Assembly: GCA_965198185.1 (NCBI GenBank)
Contig: CBDAOU010000002.1
Span: 1,986,904-2,050,903 of the forward strand
DNA length: 64,000 nt
Reading direction: 5' to 3'
Source of the DNA: Chloroflexota bacterium
GTDB lineage: Bacteria > Chloroflexota > UBA11872
Positions 27,266-38,257 of the stretch are shown here, in pieces (within the stretch, counting starts at the first letter, position 1; every line of letters begins with the position of its first letter). A program made the translations under genes and the position numbers. The notes below the pieces were generated by a model. That model worked only from the letters and a program-made list of their open reading frames with translations, was not told where the DNA came from and did no database searches.

Positions 27266-28387
27266 CTAGGCGCGATCCGCCATCGGCACGTACGCCCGGT
27301 CCGTGTGCCCGATGTAGTCGGCGCGGGGTCGGATCAGCCGGTTGTCGCCAAGCTGTTCCAGCACGTGCGCGGTCCACCCGCTGGTGCGGCTCATGCCGAA
27401 GATTGGCGTGAACAGGTTGACCGGCAGCCCGAGCGCGGCGTAGACCGTCGCGGAGAAGAAGTCCACGTTGGAGTCAATCCCCTTCTCGTCCATCATGACG
27501 CGCTCGATCACGCGGGAGATCTCAAACCACTCCGGGTGGCCGGACGTGCGGCTGAGCTCCTGGGACATTTCGCGAAGGATCGTGGCGCGCGGGTCGGCGG
27601 TCTTGTAGACCCGGTGACCGAAACCCATGATGAGCTCGCGGCGGGCCAGCCGGTCGCGCACCCAATCCTCGGCCGCGGCGGGCGATCCGATCTCGAGCAG
27701 CATCTCCATCACGCCCTGGTTGGCGCCGCCGTGCAGCGGTCCTCGCAGCGCGCCGATGGCGCCGGTGACGGCCGAATGCATGTCGGAAAGCGTGGCGGCG
27801 ATCACACGGGCCGCGAAGGTGCTGGCGTTGAGCTCATGGTCGGCCTGCAACACCAGGAGCACATCCAGCGCGCGTACCGCCGTCGCGTCGGGCCGCTCGC
27901 CGGCATACATCTGGAGGAAGGCGTCGGCGACCGGTCCTTCCGCGGAGGGAATCGGCTCGTCGCCGGCCGCAAGCCGGGCGAAGGTGGCGACCACGGCTGA
28001 GACCTGAGCCAGGAGACGGACAGACTTTCGCGCATTGGCTTCGAGGGAGTTGTCGCCCAGGTCCGGATCGAACGCGGCCAACATCGAGACCCCGCTGCGC
28101 AGGGCATCCATCGGCGGGGTGCTCGGCGGGATGAGGCGCAAGGCGTCCACGACCGGAGGCGGCAGGGCATAGGCCGCGGAAAGCTCGTTGAGCAGGTCGT
28201 CGAGCTGACGCTGCGTCGGCAGTTCGTCGTGCCATAGCAGATGCGCCACTTCTTCGAACGTGGCGTCGCTGGCCAGATCGTGGATATCGATCCCGCGATA
28301 GGTGAGCTTTCCGGCCAGACCGTCAATCGAGCTGACCGCGGAAGTTCCGGCCACGACCCCTTCGAGACCACCGGAGCGATTGGTCAT
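27266..28387 (-). CDS. gltA: Citrate synthase.
   Basis: Citrate synthase family motifs throughout: GLEGVVAGTSAVS, GIDIHDL, HRVYK, D...AD. Confidence 0.85.
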   Translation of the reverse strand: MTNRSGGLEGVVAGTSAVSSIDGLAGKLTYRGIDIHDLASDATFEEVAHLLWHDELPTQRQLDDLLNELSAAYALPPPVVDALRLIPPSTPPMDALRSGVSMLAAFDPDLGDNSLEANARKSVRLLAQVSAVVATFARLAAGDEPIPSAEGPVADAFLQMYAGERPDATAVRALDVLLVLQADHELNASTFAARVIAATLSDMHSAVTGAIGALRGPLHGGANQGVMEMLLEIGSPAAAEDWVRDRLARRELIMGFGHRVYKTADPRATILREMSQELSRTSGHPEWFEISRVIERVMMDEKGIDSNVDFFSATVYAALGLPVNLFTPIFGMSRTSGWTAHVLEQLGDNRLIRPRADYIGHTDRAYVPMADRA

Positions 28388-28535
28388 CGCCTGTCCTTCA
28401 TCAGCCGGGGGTGCCAGGCAGCGCGCCACCCGCCCGCAGATGCGGCGCTCTCGGTGAGGCGGGAATCCTGGTGAACTCCGCGCGCGGGTCCGGCCGGGCT
28501 ACGATTTTGTCCGAGTCATGGTAGCCGATGGCGCG

Positions 28536-29951
28536 CTATGCCTCCGGGTGCGGCGGCTGGGTGTGCGCCTTGGGCCAGTGCGCGTCAAAGGCCGCCGCGA
28601 AGCGGAGCACATCGGCATCGGCATGGCGGGCGCCGACGATCTGAAGCCCGACCGGCAGCCCGTCGCGCGTGACCCCCGCGGGTACGGTGGCTGCCGGCTG
28701 TCCGGTCATGTTGAAGGGGTAGACGTGGCGGAACCAGCGTTGGGCCCAGACGGTGGGGTCCGCGGGCCTGCCACCCGGTTCGTCGATCGGGAGTGGCGGC
28801 ATCAAGAGCGTGGGCGTCACCAGGACGTCGTGCTGGGCGAACAGGTCGGTCATCTCTTCCCAGAGTCGGCGGCGCGCCGAGCCGGCGTTCATCATGGCCA
28901 TGCCCGACACCGCCAGACCGGCTTCGGCGGCCGCGAGCAGGCTGGCCTCGCTCACGTCCCGCACCTCGTCCATCCGATGGCCCACCTGGGCGGCGAGGAG
29001 CGTGGTGAACAGATCGGCCCATTCACGCGTCGCGTCGCTGAGCATCGGCGGGACGGCGGCAATCTCGCATCCGGCCGCGCGAAAGGCATCGAGGGCGGCG
29101 GTACAGATATCCACCACCTCGGTGTCGACCTCATCGGCGCCCAGACGCGGCGCCCAGGCCACGCGGGCGCCGTGCGCGCCGGCGGCCGCCGCTTCGAGGT
29201 AGTCGGTCTCGTCGTGTGGCAGCGTGATCAGATCGGCTTCGTGCGGTCCCGCGATGATCGATAGCCCGAGCGCCATATCCGCTGCCGACCGCGCCATGGG
29301 TCCCAGGTGCGAGACCGCGTCGCGGCCACCGACGATGGGCACGTATGGCACCCGGCCCAACGAGGGCTTGAGGCCCATCACGCCGCAACAGCTTGCCGGG
29401 ATGCGGATGGACCCGCCGCCATCGGACCCGAGGGCCAGCGGCACGCAGCCGGCGGCCAGCGCAACGGCGGAGCCACTGCTCGACCCGCCGCAGGTGTGGG
29501 CGTGACTCCAGGGGTTGCGGGTGGTCGGCCCCATCGGGTTGTGGGCGAAGGCCAGGTGCCCGAACTCCGGCATCGCGGTCATGCCGACGACGATGGCGCC
29601 GGCCCGCTTGAGCCGCTCGACGGCCGGGGCGTCGCGCTCGCCCACGTCATCCGCGAACAGTCGCGATCCTCGGTGGAACGCCATCCCCCGCACCTGAACC
29701 TGCACCTTGACGGCCACCGGGACCCCGTGCAGCGGTCCGAGCGCGTCGCCGCGGCCAACCGCGGCGTCGGCCGCGGCGGCCGCGGCCAGCGCCTGCTCCG
29801 GCGCAAGGTCCACAAACGCGTGCAGGCGGGCGTCCGTCGCTTCGATCCGGTCCAGGCTCGCCGTCACGGCGGCGTGTGCCGTCAGTTGGCCGCCGCGAAT
29901 CCAGCGCGCAATGTCCACCGCGCGCGCGTAGGCGAGATCATCCGGTGACAT
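28536..29951 (-). CDS. Amidase (amidase-signature family, GatA-like).
   Basis: AS signature GGSSSGSAVALAAG and the Ser-cisSer-Lys region. Start at MSPDDL is preceded by GGAG. Confidence 0.8.
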   Translation of the reverse strand: MSPDDLAYARAVDIARWIRGGQLTAHAAVTASLDRIEATDARLHAFVDLAPEQALAAAAAADAAVGRGDALGPLHGVPVAVKVQVQVRGMAFHRGSRLFADDVGERDAPAVERLKRAGAIVVGMTAMPEFGHLAFAHNPMGPTTRNPWSHAHTCGGSSSGSAVALAAGCVPLALGSDGGGSIRIPASCCGVMGLKPSLGRVPYVPIVGGRDAVSHLGPMARSAADMALGLSIIAGPHEADLITLPHDETDYLEAAAAGAHGARVAWAPRLGADEVDTEVVDICTAALDAFRAAGCEIAAVPPMLSDATREWADLFTTLLAAQVGHRMDEVRDVSEASLLAAAEAGLAVSGMAMMNAGSARRRLWEEMTDLFAQHDVLVTPTLLMPPLPIDEPGGRPADPTVWAQRWFRHVYPFNMTGQPAATVPAGVTRDGLPVGLQIVGARHADADVLRFAAAFDAHWPKAHTQPPHPEA

Positions 29952-30057
29952 GCCGGCGGCTCCGCAAGATCGTTCGGCCAAGCGGACGCGAGTGTAGGAG
30001 CCGGCACACTGCGCCGCGAGCCGGGACGATATCCTCGCTCACGTTGCGTCAAGAGAT

Positions 30058-31668
30058 TTGCCGTCGCGTGTCTCGTGTCCACTCTCTAGCGGGCGGGCAA
30101 CTATAAGTCGCAAGGGCGACGGGAAGCCTCGAGCGCGCTTGGCCAATGCGCGCGCGGCTCGCGACGCCGCGCGCGGCACGGTCCCGAGGCTGCAATCCTT
30201 ACGGTGGCGCTTGGCGTGGACGGCGCTGCTGGCACTCGTTCTGACGTTTGCCTGGGCATGCGCCCCGTCGGATGTCACGAGACCGCCGGGCGTGACGCCT
30301 GTGGCGGTTGCGACGCCGATCGAGACCCCGCCGGCGGCTCCAACAACCCAACCGGCGGCCGAGACGCAACCACCAGCGAGCCCGCCGGTGGAAGCTTCAC
30401 GTACTGCCGCGGCTGAACAGAAGCCCGCCACGGCGACGCCCACCGTGCCCGCGCCCACGGCTACGCCGACCCCGGCAATCACCCAACAGCCCACGTTACA
30501 GGTGGCACCCGAACTCGCGGGGCTGCTGGCGGACATGGGCCCGAAGGTGGCCGCCTGGCGCGGACTCGAACCGTGGGATGTCCCAGCGTCGCTGATGACG
30601 CCGGAAGAGTTCAAGGTGTGGCTAGCCGCCGAGTTCGAGGAGGAGTATCCGGCGGATGAGGTCGCGGCCGATCAACTGGAGTGGGAGCTTCTGGGTCTGA
30701 TTCGGCCAGAGCAGAGCCTCTACGAACTGCAATTGGCGCTCTATGGCGAGCAAGTTGCGGGGTTCTACGACTCAGAGGCAGAGGAGATCGTCCTGATCGG
30801 CGACCACGATGCAGCGGCCCCGATGCTCGTCGTGACGCTCGCGCACGAATACGTGCATGCGCTGCAGGACCGGGCGTTCGATCTGGACGCGATCGAGGAC
30901 AGCGTCGAAGACAATCAAGATGCGTTGCTGGCATTGCGAGCGCTTGTCGAAGGCGACGCGACGTTGGCCGGCATGCAGTACGCCGAGCAGGCAGTGCGGC
31001 AAGGGGAACTCACCAGGCCGGAGTCGGTCGGACAGCCGCCCGACAACGCGCTCTCCAAGGTGCCGCCGGCTTTGCTGGAGACCTTGATCTTTCCCTACGT
31101 GGAGGGCCTGGCGTACGTGGCGGCGCTGCTTCGCGACGGTTGGCAGGCGGTCGACGCCGCCTACACCAGATTGCCAGCGTCAACCGAGCAGGTATTGCAT
31201 CCGGAGAAGTACGCCGCGAACGAGGCACCGCTGGATGTTGACCTGCCATCGATGATTGATCAACTGCCGCCGGGCTGGAGCGAGGTGCGGCGCGACGTCT
31301 TTGGTGAATTCATGGTCAGCGTGTTGCTCGGGGGCAGGAATTTCTCGGCATCGGCCACGAGCGCGGCTGCAGGGTGGGGTGGCGATGCCTATGCGCTCTA
31401 TCGGAACGAGCATGGCCAGGGGCTATTGGCAATGAAGTTTCGGTGGGATACGGAGCGCGACCGCGACGAATTCTGGACGGCGATAGTCGACCACCTTGTT
31501 GGCGGCGGCCTGGGATCGGGCGTGTCGGAGGTGGATGCCACGACGGCGGCTTGGAGGGGAGACGGGCGCACGGCACACGCGCAGCTTCTGTCGGATTCCG
31601 TGCTGGTGATCATCGGACACGACGCCGCAGTGGTTCGTCTGGCCGCGAATTTCCTCTCGCGCGGCTAG
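30058..31668 (+). CDS. Lipoprotein with a Pro/Thr/Ala-rich linker and a HExxH (AHEYVHALQD) putative zinc-metallopeptidase domain. True start is probably TTG near 30211.
   Basis: Lipobox-like LTFAWAC followed by a low-complexity linker and a globular C-terminal domain with HExxH. Confidence 0.55.
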   Translation: MPSRVSCPLSSGRATISRKGDGKPRARLANARAARDAARGTVPRLQSLRWRLAWTALLALVLTFAWACAPSDVTRPPGVTPVAVATPIETPPAAPTTQPAAETQPPASPPVEASRTAAAEQKPATATPTVPAPTATPTPAITQQPTLQVAPELAGLLADMGPKVAAWRGLEPWDVPASLMTPEEFKVWLAAEFEEEYPADEVAADQLEWELLGLIRPEQSLYELQLALYGEQVAGFYDSEAEEIVLIGDHDAAAPMLVVTLAHEYVHALQDRAFDLDAIEDSVEDNQDALLALRALVEGDATLAGMQYAEQAVRQGELTRPESVGQPPDNALSKVPPALLETLIFPYVEGLAYVAALLRDGWQAVDAAYTRLPASTEQVLHPEKYAANEAPLDVDLPSMIDQLPPGWSEVRRDVFGEFMVSVLLGGRNFSASATSAAAGWGGDAYALYRNEHGQGLLAMKFRWDTERDRDEFWTAIVDHLVGGGLGSGVSEVDATTAAWRGDGRTAHAQLLSDSVLVIIGHDAAVVRLAANFLSRG

Positions 31669-31818
31669 GGGTCCGGGCATAGGGCCTCGCGCCAGGTGCA
31701 CTGCAACGAGAAGCGGACAACCGCCTGCGGGTCGCCTCAGTCCCCATTCGCGATGAGGCGACAACGCCGCCGCGAGCCGGGGATATGATTCCGGGGATCA
31801 CTGTTTCAGGAGTGCGGA

Positions 31819-32832
31819 ATGGACCCCGTCGAATCGCTGCGGCCGGACGCGCAGCCACCGCGCGCGCTGACCCCGGACGAACGGGCGATGGTCGACAACG
31901 TCATGCGCCAGTGCCTGGCGGTGGCCGCCGATGACCGCGTCGTGATCGTCACCGATCCCCCAAAACTGTCCATCGGCGAGCTGTTCTACGCTGGCGCGCT
32001 ACGGCATTCGCGCGAGGTGACGCTGCTGGTGATGCCCGTGGCCGAGCGTCACGGCAGCGAGCCGCCGCCGGCTGTTGCCGAGGCCATGCGCACGGCGGCG
32101 GTGTGCGTGCTGCCGACGTCAATGTCGCTCACCCACACGCGCGCCCGCACGGCGGCGACGGACGCGGGCGCCAGGGTGGCGAGCATGCCGTCGATCACCT
32201 ATGAGATGTCCCTGCGGACGTTGGCGGCGGACTATTCGGCGATCGCCCAAGCCTCCACTGAGCTGGCGGCCATCTTGAGCGCCGGCGTTGAGGTCACGCT
32301 CACCTCGCCCGGCGGCTGCGACCTGACGTTCAGCGCGGCGGGACGGGACGCGCATGCCGACACCGGCCACTTCACGACGCCTGGCGACATGGGCAACCTC
32401 CCGGCCGGAGAGGCGTTCATTGCTCCGGTGGAGGGCACCGCGACCGGAACCGTGGTCATCGACGCGGCCTCGATGATTGAGGAAGCCCCGCTCGGCCCGC
32501 CCATGCGCATTCGCGTGCAGGACGGGCTGGCCGTCGAAGTGGAAGGGTCTGGCGCCGTCCAACTGGAGGCGGTGTTTGCGGACTTGGGCGATGGTGCGCG
32601 CAACCTCGCGGAACTGGGCATCGGCACGAACCCCAATGCCCGGCTCAGCGGAAATATTTTGGAAGCCGAGAAAGTGGCGGGCACGGCGCACGTGGCGCTG
32701 GGCGCGAGCCTCCACATCGGCGGGACGGTTGACGTGCCGTTTCATCAGGACGGCGTGATCGCACGCCCGACCGTTCGCGTCGACGGCCGCGTGATCGTGC
32801 GGGATGGGAAGCGCGTGCCTCTCGCCCGATAG
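31819..32832 (+). CDS. Aminopeptidase-like protein (M29/AmpS-like thermophilic metalloprotease family), tentative.
   Basis: Overall pattern and length are consistent with Peptidase_M29. No unequivocal motif was found. Confidence 0.4.
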   Translation: MDPVESLRPDAQPPRALTPDERAMVDNVMRQCLAVAADDRVVIVTDPPKLSIGELFYAGALRHSREVTLLVMPVAERHGSEPPPAVAEAMRTAAVCVLPTSMSLTHTRARTAATDAGARVASMPSITYEMSLRTLAADYSAIAQASTELAAILSAGVEVTLTSPGGCDLTFSAAGRDAHADTGHFTTPGDMGNLPAGEAFIAPVEGTATGTVVIDAASMIEEAPLGPPMRIRVQDGLAVEVEGSGAVQLEAVFADLGDGARNLAELGIGTNPNARLSGNILEAEKVAGTAHVALGASLHIGGTVDVPFHQDGVIARPTVRVDGRVIVRDGKRVPLAR

Positions 32833-32930
32833 GCACACGATCTCCAGCGGCCCCCTAGAATCGCGGGCCTGCCTTGCGAGGGCCGCCAGCCACGCCACAC
32901 AAAGCCAGCGCGCCGGTTGCGCGCGCCGCC

Positions 32931-33767
32931 ATGAGAGCCGTGGCCGTCACGGTGGTCCTCGGCGCATTCCTGGGAGCGTGCAACTTCCCGGGTGTGGCGG
33001 GCACGACGGCTCGCCCGCCGGCCACGGCCACGCCCGACCCGACCCCCACCTGGACGCCGATCCCGTTCGCCACGGCCACGCCGACGCCCACCCCGTCCGT
33101 GACGGTCACGCCATCCCCCGCACCGGCTCCGCCAGTGACGCCGGATGCCACGTCGACGCCTGAGGTGTCACCAGACGCGGCCGCGTCGCCAACAATCCCA
33201 CCCACGCCGACGGGTCCGGTGCCACCCACCGACGCCGAGCTGCTGGCCCTGTTGCCGGGACCGGCGGACCTTCCGGACGACCCGGCGCTGACGGTCTTGC
33301 AGCCCGGCGCCGGAGACATCACGGCCGATTCGGTGGGTCTGGCCGACCAGTTCCTCGATCCGTTGGTGGTGCGGCGCGGGGAACCGTTCCTCCTGGCGCT
33401 GGTGCTGGTGGGACGCGCCGTCGAGACAGTGGATGCGCAGGTTGTGACGGACATCATTGAGCGGCCCGATACGTTCCTCGAGAGCCTGGCGCGGGGCCTC
33501 GTGGAAGGTCTGCAGTCAGTGGCGCGCGCGGCCGACGTCACGGAGCTTGAGCTGCTGCCGTCGCCGGGCATTGGGACCGCCTCGGGCGCGGCTCGCACCC
33601 GGGTAGCGAGCGGCGGGGACATCTACGAGGCGCGTCTAACCGCGGCCGTGCGCGATGGGGTGGCCGGCATCGTGATCCAGATTGCGCAGATCGATGACGC
33701 GGCGGAGCCACTCGACGCGATTCGCATCCTACGGCGGGTCGTGGAAACGGACCTCGTGCGTGGTTGA
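32931..33767 (+). CDS. Lipoprotein of unknown function with a Pro/Thr-rich linker.
   Basis: Signal plus lipobox (VVLGAFLGAC) and a low-complexity TPTPTP linker. Confidence 0.55.
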   Translation: MRAVAVTVVLGAFLGACNFPGVAGTTARPPATATPDPTPTWTPIPFATATPTPTPSVTVTPSPAPAPPVTPDATSTPEVSPDAAASPTIPPTPTGPVPPTDAELLALLPGPADLPDDPALTVLQPGAGDITADSVGLADQFLDPLVVRRGEPFLLALVLVGRAVETVDAQVVTDIIERPDTFLESLARGLVEGLQSVARAADVTELELLPSPGIGTASGAARTRVASGGDIYEARLTAAVRDGVAGIVIQIAQIDDAAEPLDAIRILRRVVETDLVRG

Positions 33768-33963
33768 GTCTCGGATCACTACACTGCGGCGAGGCAGTCG
33801 TCGTGACGCGACGCGCTGGCTGTTGGGCTTCCGGACGCCGCGTCACCGGTTGTAGAGACGGCAACAGTCGGATGCAGAGTGAAATGGCGCCAGGGCCGAG
33901 TGGCGGTGCCGTCGGACGGCGCTCCGGGCCTGCCGTGCGTTCGTCTCGATAGGCTGCCGGCGC

Positions 33964-34665
33964 GTGGATCGCAGTGCAGCCGAGCTGAATCCCCGGGTCC
34001 TGGCGGTTGACGACGACCCCGAGATCCTCAACATGCTGCGCCGCGGCCTGAGCATCGAGGGATTTGACGTTCGGGTCGCCTCAAATGGCACGCAGGCGCT
34101 TGAGGCCATCAATGCCGGGGCAGCCGACGTGGTGATCCTGGACGTGATGATGCCGGGACTCGACGGTTTCGACGTGCTTGAACACGTGCGGGCGAAGAAT
34201 GACGTGCCGGTGCTGTTCCTGACGGCGCGGGACCGAGTGGCGGACCGTATACGCGGCCTCGACGCCGGCGCCGACGACTACCTGCCGAAGCCCTTCGCCT
34301 TTGGCGAGCTCGTGTCCCGCGTGCGCGCCCTCCTGCGCCGGCATGGTCCGGCCGACCGCCGGATGCTCACCTTCGATGGGGTCGAGATGGACGTTGCGGC
34401 GCGGCAGGTCACGGCGATGGGCGTGCCCGTAAGCTTGACCCAAACCGAGTTTGAGCTCTTGCGCGCGCTGATGGAACAACCGGGCCGGGTGCTGACTCGG
34501 GGAGAATTGCTGGATCGCATGTGGGGCTATCAACCCAGGGCCGTGTCCAACGTGGTGGACGTGTACGTCGGCTACCTCAGACGCAAGCTCGAAACGGATG
34601 GCCGCCCGCGCCTGATTCACACGGTGCGGGGAGTCGGCTACGTGCTGCGAAAGGTGAGCGCATGA
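33964..34665 (+). CDS. OmpR-family two-component response regulator.
   Basis: Receiver domain (VLAVDDDPEI...DVMMPGLDG) plus winged-helix trans_reg_C. Confidence 0.9.
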   Translation: MDRSAAELNPRVLAVDDDPEILNMLRRGLSIEGFDVRVASNGTQALEAINAGAADVVILDVMMPGLDGFDVLEHVRAKNDVPVLFLTARDRVADRIRGLDAGADDYLPKPFAFGELVSRVRALLRRHGPADRRMLTFDGVEMDVAARQVTAMGVPVSLTQTEFELLRALMEQPGRVLTRGELLDRMWGYQPRAVSNVVDVYVGYLRRKLETDGRPRLIHTVRGVGYVLRKVSA

Positions 34666-36101
34666 GCATCCGACTCAAGCTGGCGCTGTGGTACGTGGGA
34701 TTTGTGGTGGTCACGGTGCTCGGGTTTGGGCTGCTGCTGCACTTTCTCCTTGCGGCTCGGGTGCGGAGCGACGTGGACCTGGCGCTGCAAGGCCGTGCGG
34801 CGCACGTGCTGGAGCATTCCCAGGCCGGCCAGCCGCTTGCCGGCATCGAACTGTCGTCGCGCCTCCTGCCGGACCCGATTGCGACGACGCTGGCGCAACC
34901 CGACATCTACCACCAATTCGTGAATCCGTCCGGCGTTCCCGAACTGACGTCGGCCAATCTGCAAGGGCGGCAGCTCCCGGTGACCACGGGCGTATACACC
35001 GTGCTGCGCACGTCGGACGAGCAGTTCGAGGACGTGCGCTTGGAGGGCGGCACCCGCCTGCGCGTCCTGGCTGTTCCAATCATGGGGGAGGGGCAGATCG
35101 AGGGAGTACTGCAGGTGGCAAGCTCGGTCGACATCGCCGAGGGCGCGATTCTCCCGTTCCATGGCTATCTGCTCGGTGGGACAGCCGGGGTCGGCGCCGT
35201 GGCTCTGCTCTGCGGCTGGTACCTGACGCGCAAGTCCCTGAATCCGGTCAAGGTCCTGACCCGCACGGCGGAGGCGATCTATCGCGTGGGGGACCTCAGC
35301 CGACGGATCGAGGTCGGCAAGGGCCGGGACGAGATCAAGACGCTGGGCCGGACGTTCAACCGGATGCTCGACTCGATCGAGCAGCTGGTGACGTCGCAGC
35401 ACCGGTTCCTCGCCGATGCGTCGCATGAGTTGAAGACGCCCCTGACGGTTATCCGCGGCAATGCCGAAATCCTGTGCCGGGGCGCATCATCCGGCGATGA
35501 TGGCGAGGCCGCCGACGCGATCCTGCGCGAAGCCACGCGAATGCAGCGGATCGTGGACGATCTCCTAGCAATCGCGGAGTTGGACGCCGCGACGGAAATG
35601 CGGTTCGAGCTGGTCGAGGTGCGCGCCCTGGCAGAGCGAGCCGTGCACGACCTTGAACCGCTGGCGGGCAGCCGCAAGTTGCGGGTGCACGGGGACGGCG
35701 AGGTGCTGGTCTCGGGGGACGTCGACAGGCTCGAACGCGTGGTGCGAAACCTGGTGCAGAACGCCATTGCGGCGACGGAACCCGCGGGACGGATCGAGGT
35801 TGACGTGCGACGGCACAACGGCATGGCGCGCTTGGTGGTGGCGGACGACGGTCGCGGTATCGACCCGGAGCATGTGCCCCATATCTTCGACCGGTTCTAT
35901 CGGGTGGACCCCTCGCGGTCGCGGGCGACCGGCGGTACCGGGCTGGGCCTGACGATCGTCAAGCGTGTGGCCGAAGCGCACGGCGGCAGCGTGGAAGCCG
36001 GCCACAGCGAGCTTGGCGGCGCGGCCTTCGAGGTGCACCTTCCCGCAGACGGCCACGCGAGCCCGGCGGACGACCACGCGAACGTGCGCTTCCACATCTG
36101 A
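34662..36101 (+). CDS. Sensor histidine kinase (TM, HAMP, HisKA and HATPase_c domains). Start ATG overlaps the regulator stop (ATGA).
   Basis: The H-box HELKTPL and the N, G1 and G2 boxes (GGTGLGLTIVKR). Confidence 0.9.
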   Translation: MSIRLKLALWYVGFVVVTVLGFGLLLHFLLAARVRSDVDLALQGRAAHVLEHSQAGQPLAGIELSSRLLPDPIATTLAQPDIYHQFVNPSGVPELTSANLQGRQLPVTTGVYTVLRTSDEQFEDVRLEGGTRLRVLAVPIMGEGQIEGVLQVASSVDIAEGAILPFHGYLLGGTAGVGAVALLCGWYLTRKSLNPVKVLTRTAEAIYRVGDLSRRIEVGKGRDEIKTLGRTFNRMLDSIEQLVTSQHRFLADASHELKTPLTVIRGNAEILCRGASSGDDGEAADAILREATRMQRIVDDLLAIAELDAATEMRFELVEVRALAERAVHDLEPLAGSRKLRVHGDGEVLVSGDVDRLERVVRNLVQNAIAATEPAGRIEVDVRRHNGMARLVVADDGRGIDPEHVPHIFDRFYRVDPSRSRATGGTGLGLTIVKRVAEAHGGSVEAGHSELGGAAFEVHLPADGHASPADDHANVRFHI

Positions 36102-36223
36102 ACCGACGGCCCAGAACGGCGTGAATCTTCCTCACCCGATTCTCATGATTCGCTCCCGTTGGCGGCCTATGCTTCAACTGACGCGGCGGACGTCGCCCGT
36201 GCTAAACGGAGGAGTGATCGACA

Positions 36224-36895
36224 ATGACGTCGAACACTGACGGAGACCGGACCGTGGGCGCCAAGCTCATGGCTAATCTGCGCGCGGAAGGCGCGCACCC
36301 GGCGGCCTATCGCGCCGGCGATCTCGTGATGGACCCAGCGGTGGACCGTCCGCGCGTTGGCATCGTGTGCGACGGCGCGATCACGGTCTGGCGGCTGAGT
36401 CCGAAGGGCAAGCAGCTTGCCGCTGCCTCGCTGCGGCAGGGGGATTGGTTCGAGAACCTCTTCCCGAGCGAGACCCACGAGCGCACCTTCATCGAGGCCG
36501 ACGCGCCGGCCCACGTGGCCTGGCTCGAAGGAGCCGCCTTTCAGCGCGTGCTGCGAAAGCACCCAAGCTTTGGCGTCGAGCTCGTCCGATCGCAGGTTCG
36601 GCGATTGGCCGCGGTCGAGACGCGGGCGAGCCACACCGCGCTTGCCAGCGTGGCCGATTCGGTGGCGCTGGCCCTTCTGCAGATGGCCGAACGCGAGGGC
36701 ACAACCGACCTGCAAGTGACGCACGAAGAGCTGGCCCAGCGTCTGGGCACGGTGCGCGAGAGCGTCAGCCTGGCCATCAGCACGCTGCGCCGGGCGGGCG
36801 CGCTGGCACCCGCACAGGGGCGCAAGCGGTTGATCTCCATTCTCAGCCTCTCGAAGCTCCAGCAGCTCCTGGGCTACTACCCCTCGGGCATGTAG
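36224..36895 (+). CDS. Crp/Fnr-family transcriptional regulator.
   Basis: cNMP-binding beta-barrel and a C-terminal HTH (RESVSLAISTLRRAG). Confidence 0.75.
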   Translation: MTSNTDGDRTVGAKLMANLRAEGAHPAAYRAGDLVMDPAVDRPRVGIVCDGAITVWRLSPKGKQLAAASLRQGDWFENLFPSETHERTFIEADAPAHVAWLEGAAFQRVLRKHPSFGVELVRSQVRRLAAVETRASHTALASVADSVALALLQMAEREGTTDLQVTHEELAQRLGTVRESVSLAISTLRRAGALAPAQGRKRLISILSLSKLQQLLGYYPSGM

Positions 36896-36901
36896 CCCAC
36901 A

Positions 36902-36926
36902 CCCGTGCGGCAGACTGCCGCACGGG
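36902..36926. terminator. Bidirectional hairpin between convergent crp-like and arsA-like genes.
   Basis: CCGTGCGGCAG-A-CTGCCGCACGG is a perfect 11-bp inverted repeat. Confidence 0.55.
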
Positions 36927-37033
36927 AGAATTCAGGCGCCCAGGCGGTTCGCTGCCTGGGCGCCTGGCTCGTAATCGGCGGCGTCGCAGAAACGCAGGGG
37001 CCCGACTGCGCCCCGACGATCCGCGACGTCTCG

Positions 37034-38257
37034 CTAGGGCGGCGAGGCCACGTCCGACGGCGGTGCGGCCGACGCGCGCGGCGCGAACCTGATCCGCAGC
37101 TGGCCCTCCTCGAGCCGCGCCCGTTGATGCTCCATGCGGGCCAGGGCGCGGGGCAGGACGATGTTGCGGCGCGCCGCACCCATGCGCACCACCAGCTCGT
37201 CTCCGCGACGGATCAGCGCGGCGTCGCGGCGGTCGATGAAGGGCGCCGGAATCTGAAACTCAAATCCGCCGTCGATCTGGGCAATGTGGTAGGGCCGCTC
37301 GCGCACCAGCACCGCGGCCGGGTCCTGATCGCCATGCAGCTGGTCTCCCATTTCCCGCAGGCGGTCGAGCCCGACCACTTCCTCCGGAAATTGGGGAACC
37401 TGGAGCACGGGCAGGGGGTCGAACATGGAGTGGATTTCGCGCATGTAGCGTTGCTGCATGCGGCGCCAGCTCGCGGCAAAGTCGCCCGTGGCCTCCGCCG
37501 GGACGAGGCGGTTCACCACCAGTGCATCGGTTATGTGGTCGTACAGCGTCAGGTAGGTGTAGCTGCGCTGAGCCTCGCGGATGACCATCTTCTCGGGATT
37601 CACCACGATCCTGACCGTCGACTGGCCCGGACGGGTGAGCAACACCCGCAGTTTCTCCAACTCCTCCACCAGCTCGCCCATGGCGACGAAAACGGAATCC
37701 TCGGGTAGCGGCAGATCGGTGACGCGCCGCGCCATCGGGCGAATCATGCGCGCGAGTTGGCGATTGATGGGCAGCAGCTTGTCCATCCACCAGCGACCGA
37801 CCTCGGGAAACGCCAGCAGGCGCAGTGTCTCGCCCGTGGGCGCGCAGTCCACGATCACGACGTCGAAGTCGCCGGACTCGACGTGGCGGGTGATCCAGAG
37901 CAGGTTGGCGAGCTCCTCCATGCCCGGGAGCACGGCGATTTCCTCGGCCAGGAGGTCGCTGACACCGCGCCAGGTCAGCAGCGCCTCGACCCAGGATTGG
38001 ACAGTGCCCCAATAGGTTTCGAGGTTGTAGTAGATGTCGCATTCCTGGGCCCAGAGTCGCTCGGTCACCTCGATCGGCTCGGGGCCAAGCGGCCGGTCCA
38101 GAGAGTCGCCCAGGCTGTGCGCCGCGTCGGTGCTGAGCACGATGGTGCGCGCGCCGCGCTCGGCGCAGCGCAGGGCAGCGGCGGCGGCGACGCTGGTCTT
38201 GCCCACGCCGCCCTTGCCGGTGTACAGGATGACGCGGGCGCTGTCAGCGGGTGGCAA
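37034..38257 (-). CDS. ArsA/GET3-family anion-transporting ATPase.
   Basis: Deviant Walker A GKGGVGKTS and the ArsA family pattern. Confidence 0.75.
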   Translation of the reverse strand: MPPADSARVILYTGKGGVGKTSVAAAAALRCAERGARTIVLSTDAAHSLGDSLDRPLGPEPIEVTERLWAQECDIYYNLETYWGTVQSWVEALLTWRGVSDLLAEEIAVLPGMEELANLLWITRHVESGDFDVVIVDCAPTGETLRLLAFPEVGRWWMDKLLPINRQLARMIRPMARRVTDLPLPEDSVFVAMGELVEELEKLRVLLTRPGQSTVRIVVNPEKMVIREAQRSYTYLTLYDHITDALVVNRLVPAEATGDFAASWRRMQQRYMREIHSMFDPLPVLQVPQFPEEVVGLDRLREMGDQLHGDQDPAAVLVRERPYHIAQIDGGFEFQIPAPFIDRRDAALIRRGDELVVRMGAARRNIVLPRALARMEHQRARLEEGQLRIRFAPRASAAPPSDVASPP